DNA of 64,000 nucleotides from the human T2T-CHM13v2.0 reference genome, Homo sapiens, in the NCBI RefSeq assembly GCF_009914755.1, contig NC_060928.1; one strand, given 5' to 3'. Below, in pieces: positions 1 through 16,261 of this stretch. The first letter of the stretch is position 1. The number at the start of each line of letters is the position of its first letter. Position numbers and translations under genes: made by a program. The notes beneath the pieces are model-generated. The model was not told the origin of the DNA and made no database searches. It saw only the letters and a program-made list of their open reading frames with translations.

Positions 1-647
1 TTTCCTGTGTCCATGTGTTCTCATTGTTCAATTCCCACCTATGAGTGAGAACATGTGGTGTTTGGTTTTTTGTCCCTGCGATAGTTTGCTGAGAATGATG
101 GTTTCCAGCTTCATCCATGTCCCTACAAAGAACATGAACTCATCCTTTTTTATGGCTGCATAGTATTCCATGGTGTATATGTGCCACATTTTCTTAATCC
201 AGTCTATCATTGTTGGACATTTGGGTTGGTTCCAAGTCTTTGCTATTGTGAATAGTGCCGCAATAAACATACATGTGCATGTGTCTTTATAGCAGCATGT
301 TTTATAATCCTTTGGGTATAGACCCAGTAAAGGGATTGTTGGGTCAAATGGTATTTCTAGTTCTAGATCCCTGAGGAATCGCCACACTGACTTCCACAAT
401 GGTTGAACTAGTTTACACTCCCACCAACAGTGTAAAAGTGTTCCTATTTCTCCACATCCTCTCCAGCACCTGTTGTTTCCTGACTTTTTAATGATTGCCA
501 TTCTAACTGGTGTGAGATGGTATCTCATTGTGGTTTTGATTTGCATTTCTCTGATGGCCAGTGATGGTGAGCATTTTTTCATGTGTTTTTTGGCTGCATA
601 AATGTCTTCTTTTGAGAAGTGTCTGTTCATGTCCTTCGCCCACTTTT
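1..647 (-). mobile_element. 5'-truncated L1PA (ORF2 C-terminus and 3'UTR); 3' end lies outside the window
   Basis: ORF 28..630 encodes the L1 ORF2p C-terminus ([11 protein letters not shown]...[17 protein letters not shown]...SLIGGN); L1 similarity stops abruptly near 647. Confidence 0.95.
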
Positions 648-1321
648 CTATTAATACTTTATCAGACTACCCTATAAAATTAGCTTTACCTTGGGTCAAT
701 TCATATCCTAGTTGTTAGTTTCTCTATTTTAGTTTTGGCTCACAGCAGACACTTTTAGTTGCAATCATTTCATAGGGGCCAGTTTTTGTTCACTCCCCCA
801 ACTTTCATTCCTACCTTCTAACACTAGATTTCAGCATGCCCAAGGCTTCATCTCTACTCAGCAATTTACATTTATGATCTATTTATGGTCAATAGGAATG
901 TCTTATTTTCTGAGCCTAGCTATGTCTTCATGATTTTTTCTTTATGTATTTCATCTGTAGTTGCTATGCTTTTAGTATAGAGAGTGCTTGTATGTGTGTA
1001 CATGCTTTTAGGCATGAATTTCCTGTGTCTTTCTGACCAAAATTATCCTTACAGTCCCTCCCAATCCCTCTCTTCCAATAGGTGATTTTTCCAAATTATT
1101 ACTCTTCAAACAGTCAGTAAATGCTCATAATCACTAAGCACACTATTCTTCTCTTGTGTTTAGGACCTAATGGTACATGTCAAATATGTACAAGAATAAA
1201 AGACAAGGTTTCTGACCTCAAATAATTTACATCTAGTCACAGAGACAAGTGAGAAGGACAGTACACAGGGTAGTAAGGATTAATTACAATAGCATAGATT
1301 TCCAAGAACATAATAGGCACT

Positions 1322-1677
1322 TGATATGGTTTGGCTCTGTGTCTCCACCCAAATCTTATCTCAAATTATAATCCCCACATGTTGAGGGAGATATCTGTAA
1401 TCCCCACGTGTGAGGGAGGGAGGTGATTGGATCATGGGGGCGGTTTCCCCCATTCTGTTCTCATGATAGTGAGTTTTCATGAGATCTGATAGTTCTATAT
1501 GTGTTTGACAGTTCCTCCTTTGCACACTCTCTCTCCTGCTGCTTTGTGAAGAAGGTGCCTGCTTCCCCTTCCACCATGATTGTAAGTTCCCTAAGGCCTC
1601 CCAGCCATGCCTCTTTCCTTTATAAGTTACCCAATCTCAGGGATTTCCTTATAGCAGTGTGAAAATGAACTAATACA
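1322..1677 (+). mobile_element. THE1/MST-type MaLR solo LTR (THE1D-like)
   Basis: Starts TGATATGGTTTGGCTCTGTG and ends GAACTAATACA; 356 bp; 5-bp TSD GCACT/GCACC. Confidence 0.9.
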
Positions 1678-1738
1678 GCACCCAATACTTATTTCTTATG
1701 TTTCTATGCCTTTGTCCATGAATCATAGGAGTCAGGTG

Positions 1739-1742
<4 letters not shown>

Positions 1743-1776
<34 letters not shown>

Positions 1777-1984
1777 GACACATACATATACATGTACATA
1801 TACATATGTACGTGTGTGTATATACACATATACATATGTACGTGTGTGTATATACACATATACATATGTACGTGTGTGTATATACACATATACATATGTA
1901 CATATGCGTACATATATATGTACATATGTGTGTGTATATACACACACATACATATATGTGTGTGTATATATATACACATATATA
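1743..1984. repeat. Compound (TA)n/(CA)n microsatellite with a 30-bp higher-order unit
   Basis: Alternating purine-pyrimidine tract; unit TATACACATATACATATGTACGTGTGTGTA is repeated about 3 times. Confidence 0.95.
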
Positions 1985-2149
1985 GACTTTTGTGCCAGAT
2001 AGACAAAGTTGAGATGCTCAGTTTTACTTATGAGTTTAAAGATCATAGACAAATAATTTTAACTCTCAAAGTCTCAATATTCTCATTTCTAAAATTGGGA
2101 TAATAGTGTCTGTTACTATGTTAGAATCTGTAGATACCAATTTGAAACA

Positions 2150-2810
2150 AAAAGATCTTGCCTCTTCTCTCATGAAACTTTCAATCACTGGGGAAGACAG
2201 GTGTTTAATAAATGGGTAAAAGTGCTCTGAGTATTATCATGGAGAGATTTAGGGTGCTATAGGAGCTGATCAAGAGTGAGGAGTCTGAGAAGACTGGGGT
2301 TGTGAAGGAAATAACATTTTACCTGAGACCTAGAGCATGCATTATTCAGGGAAAGAAAGTTGGCAGGTAGAAGCAGCAAGTGTGAATCCTTGAGGGCAGG
2401 AAGAAGTATGGTATGTTTGAAAAACTGAAAGAAGCCCAGTGTATATAGAGGGTAAACATGCAGAGAAGTAGGTGAGAGGAGGCCCCTAGGCCCTGAGGCC
2501 CTGCTCTTTTGTTTGTTTGTTAGGGGTGTGTGTCTTTGTGTGTGTGTTTTAATCCTAAGCAAAATGGAAAGCCATAGAAGATTTTTAGCCAAGTGAATGT
2601 TATGCTCACACTTGTGGGTTCAATCATGGTGGATGAAGTAAAAAGGAGTCCTTGGGAGGCAATTGCAGTAGCCTTGGGAGAGATGGCCGTGGCTGAGACA
2701 AGAGCCGGTGTGTAGAATGGAGAGGATAGAAAATACTGAGAGAGATTGAGAGGGCCAAATCAGCTGGACTTGGTGTTGATTGGATGGGAGTCCAGGGATA
2801 CAATGTGAGT
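2150..2810 (-). mobile_element. Degenerate L2 fragment
   Basis: Purine-rich L2-like motifs (CTGAGACCTAGAG, GTTTGAAAAACTGAAAGAAG, AATGGAAAGCCATAGAAGATTTT). Confidence 0.55.
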
Positions 2811-5693
2811 GAAATATCTCTTCCATGCATCCATTTCTATCTGGAATTTCTGCTCTTTTTCCTCCATTCCCTCACATAATAAATTTAATGGATTGAACTC
2901 ATTGAAAAGATTATTAAAAGTTGTCTCACAGAGAATGCTTTCCTTGTGGATGACAAAAGACATACATTTAATATGCTTTTATTTGTTCAGTTGGTTTCCT
3001 TAATATTCTGGGCTTAAAAGAAGCGATAATTCCTTTAAGTAATGGCCGTTCAGTGTCAAGCACTCCATGTTTACTACATAGTAGCTTAGAGTCACCCGCC
3101 ATCTACCTCGCCCAAAGGTTCCAAGTAGGTAAAGTGTGTGATGTCTTTGGTGCAGTGACTGCATGTCCCTCTGCTTCTTCTCTAGAATGTGCTAAAGGCC
3201 TTTGTTTTCCCCTTCTCCAGCCACCATTTCCTGGATTGGAGAAGAGGTGGAGTTAAAGGATGAGATCAAATTGTAATTCTATAGGTAGGAGGGACCATTC
3301 AGGTTGATGTCTTTCTCCCCTGGTCAAATTTCACCCAGCAGTAGTCATCTAATAGTGTTGTCCTATGCAGCCCATGTTCCCAGGAAAATGGTAAAGAATG
3401 GAGCCTGATCCTTTATAGATATGATGATATCCTGGCAGGCACTTTAGAAGCATTCCTGGAGTTTTTCTATAACTGCACCAGTTCTAATCTTTGAAGAACA
3501 TCGAGGCCAATATAAAATTTCTGCCTTTTCTAGGACAAGAGATTTGGGGGACTGAATTAGATTTTCTTTTTCAAATACCAGAGTAAATATATAGCTATGT
3601 TTATATGGAAACTCTGGAGTTTTGTAATCTAGTTCCTAGTGAGAACCCCAGGTGGAACTTGTCAACGTTCTACTGGCAATTGGACCTTCTTTTTGGGATG
3701 TGCTTTCAGTTGGCACTCAGAACCCCATCCAATATATCAAGTTCAAAACGTCTAACGCTATGCTCTCATCAAAAACTAAGATGAAGGAAATTGCATACAG
3801 AGAAGTTATCTGAAGCAGAAATTCTCAAGTGGAAGCAGGCAGGTCTATCCCTTGAAGAATGTGGTCTTTCAGAATATCTGGTAGCACCTTTCCATCACTC
3901 TTGTCCCATCCATTTGAAAATCACTGTGTATTATAGGGAGCGTTATTGGTGGAACTGCAAATGCTGTGGGAAGAGAGAAAAAAAATGTGTGATCTCTAAA
4001 ACGAAGGGGTAAGCTGTTTTACCCCTTCACGGACTAACACACAGATGTATGTTTTTCCATTTCAGAGCATGTAAGGAAGTCTATTCAGATATCATTCATT
4101 AAACGCAAAGATCCTTACTTTCCTGTGGATCAATTTACATCTCTAAGTTCTAACCTTGACTCAAATTAGACACTTAGAATGCAGAATACTTTGTTCACTC
4201 TAAGTTATGCTTTAATAGTATTATTTCAGCTTTTAGCAAAAGAATAAAAAGTTGCTACATGAAACAAGCAGATGACGTTCACTTTTTAATTTGCTCTGCA
4301 AAAAATACATGACAATTATTCTTTATATAACTTAATACTTTCGGAACAAAGCTCCATGTGAGAAATTTCTTCTAGAGTTTAAGAGGTTTATTTTCTTCCT
4401 TAAACAACTGATTTGACTCCTTTTTCCAATAATGAGAGTAATGCAACCAATTATGTTTCCATTTTTGCCTTGACTGCAAGGAAACTATATAGGCAAATTT
4501 TTAGCTTCAGCATTTGAAGTAATATATTTACACCCTCCTGTTTTATTTGTTTATTAATTGATATTTCTATTTTACTAATCTTTTTGTTAATTGGCTTCTT
4601 TTTAAACTAACTCAAAATTTCTTTTTAAGGAGAAAAATTAGAGCTAAATTTAATATGCTAGTAGACATTATGTGGCTAGCTTCAAAGTCCAAGGTTTGCA
4701 GCAGCCCTGTAGAAAGGAAGCCATTTGGGACTTTCTCACCTGCCATTCTAGCTGAAATCCTCAACCTGGAATTACACCTTATTCACAATCCCATAAAAGC
4801 TACTATTTAAGCACTGCCCTCTGTTGAATTTCACTCTTGAACAGATCTAGTGTCAAGAGGCTTAAAAGTACTCCAGGAAGCTTCACACGCAGCCTCCAAC
4901 TCTAACACAAATCACTCAAGGTGGACTTGCCCAACAAACATGTACATGTGATGTTTTAAAAATCTTGTTCCAATGTTCAGCCACCTTGAAAGTTTAGGGT
5001 TTGTTTTGCCTGAATTTTTTTTCATTCTTCTCTTTTTAAAATTGACATATAATAATTGCACATATTTCTGGAGTACATATGATATTTCAATACATATAAT
5101 ATATAGTGATCATGTCAGGATAATTAGCATGTCCATCATTTGAACACTAATCATTTTTTGTGTTGGGAACAGTCAATGTTCTCCTTCTAGCTATTTAAAC
5201 TGTATATTGTTGTTAAAAGTAGTCATCCTACAGTAGTATAAGACTCTAGAACTTATTCCTTCATCTAGCTGTAACTTTAACATCCTTTAACAAATCTCCC
5301 CCTATCTCCCTTTTCCCCGGCCATTCCCAGCCTCTAGTATCCTCTGTTCTAGTTGGTACTTCTGTGAGATCAACTATTTTTAAGCATCCACATGTGAGGG
5401 AGAACATGAGTGTTTAACTTTCTGTTCCTGGCTTATTTCACTTGACATAATGTCCTCCAATTCCATTCATGTCGACAGGATTTCACTCTTTTTATGGCTG
5501 ACTAGTATTCCATTGTGTGTATGTGTGTGTGTGTGTGTTCATTCAACTGTTGTTGGACACCTAGGTTGATTCCAAATCTTGGCTATTGTGAATAATGCTG
5601 TCGTAAACAGGGGGATGCAGATGTCTCTTCAATACTCTGATTTCCCTTCCTTTAGATAAATGCCAGTAATGCGACTGCTGGGTCATATGGTAA

Positions 5694-6110
<417 letters not shown>

Positions 6111-6801
6111 CCACTCCCCGCTTTTTTTTTTTTTTGTCTTTTTGATAATTGCTATTCTAACTAGATTGTGGTGACACCTCATTGTGGTTTTGATTTGTAT
6201 TTCCCTGTTGATTGGTGAGGTTGAGCATTTAAAAAATATATTTGTTGGCCATTTGCACATCTATGTATTCTTTCGAGAAATGACTGTATAGGTCCTTTTA
6301 CTCTTTCTAAATCGGCTTGTTTGTATTTTTGCTGTTGAGATGTTTGAGTTCCTTGTATATTCTGGATATTAATCCCCTGTCAGATGAATAGTTTGTAAAT
6401 ATTTTGTCCCATTCTTTAGGTTGGCTTTTCATTCTGTTGATTTTTTGCTTGGCAGAAGATTTTTGGTGTGCTGTGCAGAAGCTTGTTAGTTTAGTATAAT
6501 CTCATTTGTTTATTTTTGCATTTGTTGCTTGTGCTTTTGAAGTCTCATTCCTAAAATCTTTTTCCAGACCAGTGTCCTGAAGTGTTTCTTCTATATTTTC
6601 TTCTAATAGTTTTATAGTTTTGTGTCTTACATTTAGGTCTTTGGTCCACTTTGAGAAGATTTTTGTATAGAGTGAGAGGTGAGGGTCTAGTGTCATTCTT
6701 TAGCATATGGATATCCAGTTTTCCCAGCACCATTTATTGAAGAGACTCTCCTTTCCCCAAGAAGTGTTTTTGGTGCCTTTGTCAAAAATCAGTTGACCAT
6801 A

Positions 6802-6926
6802 GGTTGGGTGTGGTGGCTCATGCCTGTAATCCTGACACTTTGGGAGGCCGAGGCTGGTGGATCACTTGAGCCCAGAGTTCGAGACCAACCTGGGCAATAT
6901 GGTGAAACCCCATCTCTTTAAAAAAA
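6802..6926 (+). mobile_element. Free left Alu monomer (FLAM-like) with TSD
   Basis: Left arm only plus a short A tail; flanked by AAAAATCAGTTGACCATA (6784-6801) and AAAAATCAGTTGACTGTA (6922-6939). Confidence 0.88.
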
Positions 6927-9606
6927 TCAGTTGACTGTAGATATGTGGATTATTTTCTGGGTTCTGTATTCTGTTCCATTGTTCTATATATCTGTTTTTA
7001 TGCCAGTACCATGCTGTTTCAGTTACTATAGCTTTGTAGTATATTTTGAAGTGTGGTAGTGTGTCGTCTCCAGCTTTGTTCTTTTTCCTCAGGATTGCTT
7101 TGGATATTTGGTGTATTTTTAAATTCCCTACAACTTTTAAATTTTTATACTACATTTCAATAGAATTTATTTGTGTTTGGGCCACATCTAGATGCAATTC
7201 TGACCCATATGCCCTGTTTAATAACTCTGGGAGCACTTTTAGGACAGGATAACACTGTGCCTAATAGGGTGCCTGGTGCATAGTAGGTGATCACTAAATT
7301 GAATTGCCTTATGATGCTTCTCATTATTCTCTCTTTAAGGAAAAAAAGTGATGTCAAGTATTCTTGTTAATTTTGGTCTGCATGTGGCTTCCAAAGCCTC
7401 CAAATGAAGAGCTCATATAGCACTGCATGAAACTCCAGGGATGTTTTTTCAGAATGCTTGTTCAGGCTCACAAAAGCCCTTTATGGGTTCCTCCTCAGGC
7501 TCATTATATCATCCTCTAAGCCGTTAAATCAATCTATTTCAATTAGATAATGACTCCCACTTTGAATCTGTGTAAAATCCATCCCCACCTCACTGTGTAT
7601 CTCCAGCAGCAGATTTCCAATGTCTTGACAGCAGCAGGGCTTTTGTCCTCCCTGTATCCCTGCAGGCACGAGGGGCCAAAGACCAATTTGCTGTAATGAA
7701 TTTAATATGTTTAGTCTGAGCCATATAATTCCAGGCCAAGCAGAGAGGGCCTCTGTTAGGGTTACTTTCCATTAAGTGAATCAAAGAGGCATGTTAGCAA
7801 CTGCAGGCTGAATGTGCAAACCCTCTTGATGCCAACTTCATTTTAAGTCCAGCCAGCTTCCAATCACTTTATGGACTGCCTCAAGACCATTTTGGCAGTA
7901 GTTTATTGTGCCTCTGGCTCCTAGAAACTACACTAGACCACTCCCAAGCATGTATTGCAACTCTTGGAAGATGAGCTTGTTGATTTCTCATCTAAGAGTT
8001 GGCTCTTGTTAGTGACAAGAGATGGTTTTACAAGCAATCAATTTCTTTGGATATCTTGGAAACCTGTTTCTGTGTGTGTGTGAGGCAAAATATACCTGAA
8101 AATTTTGTTTTCAAAGGAAGGCAAATACAGAAAAGGGTAAGGATTGCCATAATTTAAGGATTTTAAGAGAGTATCCATTCTAGGCCTATACCTCTAGAAA
8201 TAGACTTAGACTTCCAGTGCTCAGGACATTCATCTTAAGTGGACATTCCAAGGCCCTTGACAAGGTAGATGCTGAATATCTGTTAGATGCATCCAATCAT
8301 GAATTTTTTTATTTTGCCAACCTTAGCAGCAGGTACCTGGCTAGGTGTTAGGGAAATCAAAGATGAATTTAAAAAGATACCCGTGTTTAAGGAGCTCACA
8401 GTTTGAATCTGGTATAGGAAACACAAACAAGAATGATGTTATGAGGGCTTTCATAAAGATACAGGAACATTGTTATTATCAAAGGAAACTTGGAACCAAG
8501 AAAAGTCCATTTAAATTGAATCCATTTAAAGTGGAGACCAACTTTTCTAATTCCAAGTAAATTGGAAAAGGTTTGTTTGAGAATTTGTCTTGAAAAATAA
8601 AGCTAAAAATATAAAAATAATTTTTATTTATTAAACTAAATTTAGATTATTATTTAATTTTGTCTATACTGTCATTCCTAGAACAAACAATCAGAATAAC
8701 ATTTTTGGTGGAAAGTAGCGTTACGGCAGGAAGGTAATACATAACAGAGGGTTATTTTGCAAAAATATTTGGAGTTTAATTGGTTTTTCCAAAGACCAGT
8801 GTTAACTTTTGATATCCAAATCATTTTATTTCACATTCCTATATTTCATTGTCTATTGATTTTTGTTGTCTTCAATTGCTAATGCAGCTAAACCTCCTGG
8901 ATTTTCATTCGTCAGTAACTTTCCATGTGATTCCAGCAGTTTTCTAAGAAAAAAACTTTTCTCACTTTTGTAAAATCCTTCATTGTTTGCAAGGTTTGCC
9001 ATTTCATGTGCAGTTGAAAAGACTTTGGAACCAGAGGAAGGAGGATAGACTCCAGTGTGAAGTTGGGTGGCATGTTTTGGTGGGGATTTATATTGTTGAT
9101 AAAGAGTTGATTAGTAAACATTTTCATGTTGTGATGACAATTGGTACTTTTCAAATTCTTAGTTATGGGGTTTTTGACAATGAATATTTAGATAATAATA
9201 ATAATCTGCAATCCACCAAGAGCTCAGGTGGCACAAAGACTCAGATGCCAGAATTTAAAAAAAATTACATTTACTACTAGGTAAGAAGTGGTTGTATTCT
9301 CATGACAGATTCAAATAATAAATTCCTATATGAATAATATGACTTATCCATTAACATGATCAATATTAGTTGCAACTAGACTAGTGGTACTAAACTTGTT
9401 TGAGATCACAGAAGTTACAGTTCTTTCACTTACAACCAAATATGTCCCTGAGGTTTTCTAATTCTGAAGTCAGTGAGTACTCTTTCACCACACGATTGGC
9501 TCCCAAATGTATCCTGGGAGATACTACTTTTATTACTCTATTGAATTACTTTCCCAGAATCTCAATCCTTACAGGATGCTAGAAAGATAGCGCCAAGTGT
9601 CTTCTT

Positions 9607-11280
<1,674 letters not shown>

Positions 11281-11829
11281 CTAAGTGTCTTTTTTTAAAC
11301 ATGCCAACCAAGCATTGTTTTAGTAAAACAATAAAGATGTCTCCTAGAGTGGTAGAATTCTACTGAATCAAGTAGCAAACCATTTGCTAGTTTGTTAAAT
11401 GGAGTATCTTGTTAAATGGACTACCATGAAGTAGAATATTTTAGGTAGATTATGCACAATTATTTATGGTAGATTATGCACAAATATTTATGCATAATCA
11501 TAAATATCTCCCTAAAATATTCAAGAGTTTAATCAGTTTTTCCCAGGACCAGTGTTCACTTTTGATATCCAGAGTTTTAGGTAGATTAAGCACAAATATT
11601 TATGAGATTTTCATGATACCAAGGTATATTATTCTTAATCTTTCAGAATATTTATTATGCATATGTTATACAAGATATACCCTTTAAGGTCTTGTGGGAA
11701 AATAGTTTGAAAAAATAGAGTCAGATCAATAGCCAAAGTGATATTACTGAGGGCAGAAGATTATCCAACTAACAGAAACCAACTATAGTGGTCCCATGCC
11801 AGAGTGGGAAGACAACATTAGCTTTAGGG

Positions 11830-12330
11830 ACTGCAGGTTTAGGACTGCCTTTTAGTTTCAAGTGACAAAAATCTAACACAAGCTAGCTTTAACTCAATAA
11901 TGGGAATTTATAGGCTCATAAAACCAAACTCAGGACAAAGGATAATACTGGCCTCGGGAATGACAATGCTGGTGGCCCTTGATGCTCTCAAGGCTCCCTC
12001 TCTCCATTTCTGTCTGGCATCTGCTTTTCGTCTGTGCTGACTTCACTCTCTTACCTCTGCATCATCTTTGGCACGTGATGGGCAACAGGAATCCCTCAAG
12101 TCAACCCAACAACTCTGCCACCAGGAGAGTAAAGAAGTTCTGTCCCATTAATCTTAGGTGGAAAAATTTCAGGGCAGATCTTAGTTAGGGTCAGTTGCAA
12201 CTGACCATCACTGACCATCAATTGTCATCCTGGCTTCCACGTCTGAGAACAGGAGGATACACTAACTGGGCTAGCCCTGGTCTTCTGAACTCTCATGAGG
12301 CCAAAGGGATAGATTATGTTACCAGAGAAA
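11830..12330 (-). mobile_element. Ancient MLT1-type MaLR LTR fragment
   Basis: TTTTAGTTTCAAGTGACAAAAATCTAAC...GGGAATTTATAGGCTCATA resembles an MLT1J/K/L terminus. Confidence 0.5.
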
Positions 12331-13334
12331 TGCACAGAAGCTGGGCAGAAATAGACAAAAGCCACTGCAAGGATAAAATCCTTACCTTCTATCACTTTTT
12401 GTCTCTCGTCTCTTAGTTGTATGGTTTTACATGTTGCATATGGATTCTCATATAGGCCAGTTAAACTTAGGTTAATCTGACTTGGACTTGAGTTACATTT
12501 TCATTAGTTTAGGACCAGATTGTGAAACAGAGTTTATGTGGGAAGTAATTTACAGATGGCCTGACATTGGTTTTGTGAGCCTGTTTACTGTGTCTAAACC
12601 TGAGAAATAGCATGGGTGTTTTTCCTCCTTTAATTTAATTTTAGCTGTGATTTGATACATTAGGTGTGTCAAGAAACACATTGAAAGTCTCAGTTCAAAA
12701 TAAATTTGTTTCTAAGAATGTCCCATTTTCTCTCAAAATGCTATGAGAAAAATTCAATAAAACCTCTTTCATATCCTTAAATGAAGAGACCAATAGTAAT
12801 TTAAATGGATTTTAATCGTATTTATGGTTTTTAATGTTTATGCTGTAAGTATATTTATTAATATACATATGGGTTAAATTTCTTTATGGCCTTGAAACTA
12901 GTTTTAAAAGTCATTAAATACACCAAAAATTATTTAGCTGGTAAAATTTTCCCTTGGCTTTGTTTAAAGAATCAGTCTACCCTCAGATAAATAAATATAT
13001 ATTGAGCATTCAATAGTCCTGAACTCTGAACTAGGAGCAGTAGCAGACAAAGCAAAAGGCTTCAACGAGTTTACTATGTAGTTAAGGAGACAGGTCAAAG
13101 GCTTGAAATAAGAGAGAAATATGCATGGCCTTGTATCACATGTACATAAGCCAGCAATAAGATGAAAGGCATTCAAGAGCATGATCAGCTGCACAGGCTT
13201 CAAGGCACTAGTTAGGCAGGGAGAACATTGCAATCAAATAATAATGACATTACTTTTCAGTCATTCTCACATTCCTGCTGACTTATGCCAGCTTAAATCC
13301 CCATTTGTGTTTGTAGCACACATATTTATACTAA

Positions 13335-13710
13335 GGTGGTGCAAGGTGATGTGACAAACAAACCCTAAATTATATAATGGCTTAGACATAATAAAGCTTA
13401 ATATGGGTGTTCATGATTGCCACTTAGTGACTCAGAAACTCAGGCTTCTTCTGCCTTATGGCTCTGCCATCTTCAAAACAGCTTCCAAAAGGATGCTTTG
13501 CTCATCGGAGCCAATCCAGAGGAAGGAGGGAACACCAGGAAAGAGCATCCATTGCAGGTTTTTATGAGCCAAGCCTGGAAGTGGCACATATTCCTTCTGT
13601 TCACATTCTGATGAGTAGAAGTCAGGTCCATGGCTTTGTCTAACTGGCTAAGAAATGTCACCTAGGTGTGGGCCAAGGATGAAGAGACAGGTTAGGTGAA
13701 TAGTTAGCCA
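13335..13710 (-). mobile_element. Ancient MLT1-type LTR fragment
   Basis: GTGACAAACAAACCCTAAAT...GGCTCTGCCATCTT...GCCTGGAAGTGGCACATATTCCTTCTGTTCACATTC motifs. Confidence 0.55.
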
Positions 13711-13818
13711 TAACATCCGTGAACATCAAATTCAAGAAACAAAAAGAGAGGGGGGACAAAGTACTACTTGACATGTGTTTGTTGATGACTCACCCACCAT
13801 CATTTAATAAACTTGTAC

Positions 13819-13882
13819 TCTGAATCTTATTAATTTTGTAATCTGAATCTTATTAATTTTGTAATCTGAATCTTCTTAATTT
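13819..13882. repeat. 23-bp tandem repeat (~2.8 copies)
   Basis: TCTGAATCTTATTAATTTTGTAA at 13819 and 13842, partial copy at 13865. Confidence 0.9.
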
Positions 13883-14271
13883 CTCCACTGCCAGACAGTG
13901 ATTTGTGGAATGGGTTCAAAGACAGATGAACATTATTTAGATATGCTCCGCTTGTACACATGTACATATGCACAGCTAGGGAAGCATGACAGTAAAGCCT
14001 CATCACACCCTCATGCAGAAGCCTGTGTGGTATAAGATTGTGTGTTTGTGTGTATATGAGTTAAGTGGATGGGTGCATGCGTATCTCCACAAATAATACA
14101 CATATATATGAAACCTTGCTATTATGAATGTTTCTCAAATTAAGTGGATACAAATTTTAATATTCCCAGTGGAAACATAAATAATAACTTTTCAAAACTT
14201 GTTCTTTCATTTACACAAGGTAATTTTAGCATTTTGGTTGAATGGAAATACCCTGTTTTGGAGATGCTGGT

Positions 14272-14768
14272 TATTATGGGTTAAATTGTGTTCCTCATGA
14301 TGATATCTTAAAATCTTAACCCCTTATACCTGTGAATGTGACCTTATTTGGAGATAGGGTCTTTGTAGATATAATTGGGTTAATATGAGGTCATACTGGA
14401 TTACGGCAAGGACTAACCCAATGACTAGTGTCTTTAGACATTAGACTTAGAGGATGTTTGGACTCAGGGAAACACAGAGCACTCACTTTGTGAATCCTCC
14501 TCACAAAGCAGAGGACACCAGGAGAAGATGAAAGCAGTCATTGGAGTGATGTGTCCCCTAGCCAAAGAACATCAAGGGTTACCAGCGACCACCAGAACCT
14601 AGAAGAGAGCATGGAAAAGATTCTCCCTCAGAACTTCCATAAGAGACCAACCCTGTCAACACTGAATTTCAGACTTCTAGCTTCCAGAATTGTGAGGGAA
14701 TAAATTTCTGCTGTTGTAAGCCATTTACTTTGTGGTAATGTGCTATGGCAGCCCAGGAAACTAATGTA
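14272..14768 (+). mobile_element. MLT1 (MLT1B/C-like) solo LTR
   Basis: TATTATGGGTTAAATTGTG...GAATGTGACCTTATTTGGAGATAGGG...AATAAATTTCTG...GCAGCCCAGGAAACTAAT. Confidence 0.85.
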
Positions 14769-16261
14769 TATGTTATACATTTATTTATAGTATGGTTGTT
14801 TTCCTCTTATAAGTGTTCAACTTACACATTTTCATGGATATAAAGAAAGGTATGAACACCATTAGCACTGTGACTATTCCCACTGCCAAAAAATAAGGCT
14901 AATAGTTGCCTTTATAAAATCACTCTGGGTGGCTGGCAAGATGGCGGAATAGGAACAGCTCCAGTCTGCAGCTCCCAGTGAGATCAACGCAGAAGTTGGG
15001 TGATTTCTGCATTTCCAACTGAGGTACACAGCTCATCTCATTGGGACTGGTTATTCAGTGGGTGCAGCCCATGGAGGGCAAGCTGAAGCAGGGTGGGGTG
15101 TTGCCTCACCTGGGAAATGCAAGGGGTAGGGGATTTCCCTTTCCTAGCCAAGGGAAGCCATGAGGGAGTGTGCCATGAGGAATGGTGCATTCTGGGCCCA
15201 GATACTACTTTTCCCATGGTCTTTGTAACCAACAGACCAGGAGATTCCTTAAGGTGTCTACACCACCAGGGCCCTGGGTTTCAAGCACCAAACTGGACGG
15301 CCATTTGAGCAGACACCGAGCTAGCTGCAGGAGTTGTTTTTCATACCCCAGTGGCACCTGGAATACCAGCGAGACAGAACTGTTCACTCCCCTGGAAAGG
15401 GGGCTGAAGCCAGGGAGCCAAGTGGTCTAGCTTAGCAGATCCCACACCCATGGAGCCCAGCAAGATAAGATCCACAGGATTGAAATTCTCGCTGCCAGCA
15501 CAGCAGTCTGAAGTCAACCTGGGATGCTTGAGGTTGGTGGGGGGAAGGGCATCTGCCATTACTGAGGCTTCAGTAGGTGGTTTTCCCCTCACAGTGTAAA
15601 CAAAGTCGCCTGGAAGTTCAAACTGGGGGTAGCCCATGGCAGTTTGGCAAAGCCACTGTAGCCAGACTGCCTCTTTAGATTCCTCCTCTCTGGGCAGGGC
15701 ATCTTGGAAAAAAAGGCAGCAGCCCCAGTCAGGAGCTTATAGATAAAACTCTCATCTACCTGGGAAAGAGCACCTGGGGGAAGGGGTGGCTGTGGGCACA
15801 GCTTCAGCAGACTTAAACGTTCGTGCTGCTGGCTCTGAAGAGAGCAGGGGATCTCCCAGCACAGTGCCTGAGCTGTGCTAAGGGACAGACTGCCTCCTCA
15901 AGTGGGTCCCTGACCCCCGTGCCTCCTGACTGGGAGACACCTCCCAGCAGGGGTCGACAGACACCTCATACAGGAGGGCTCTGGCTGGCATCTGGCAGGT
16001 GCCCCTCCTGGATGAAGCTTCCAAAGGAAGGAATAGGCAGCAATCTTTGCTGTTCTACAGCCTCCACTGGTGATACCCAGGCAAACAGGGCCGGAAGTGG
16101 ACCTCCAGCAAACTACAGCAGACCTGCAGCAGAGAGGCCTATTAGAAGGAAAACCAACAAATAGAATGGAATAGCATCAACATCAACAAAAAGGACGTCC
16201 ATGCAGAAACCCATCCGAAGGTCACCAGCATCAAAGACCAAAGGTAGATAAATCCAAGAAG

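Noticed and set aside
1790-1900. CRISPR-like 30-bp repeats (also the 23-bp repeats at 13819)
   Set aside because: They are head-to-tail tandem units without unique spacers, in a primate context with no cas genes.
1704-2103. Overlapping Y/T/H/V/C-rich ORFs
   Set aside because: They are artefacts of the stop-free TA/CA microsatellite.
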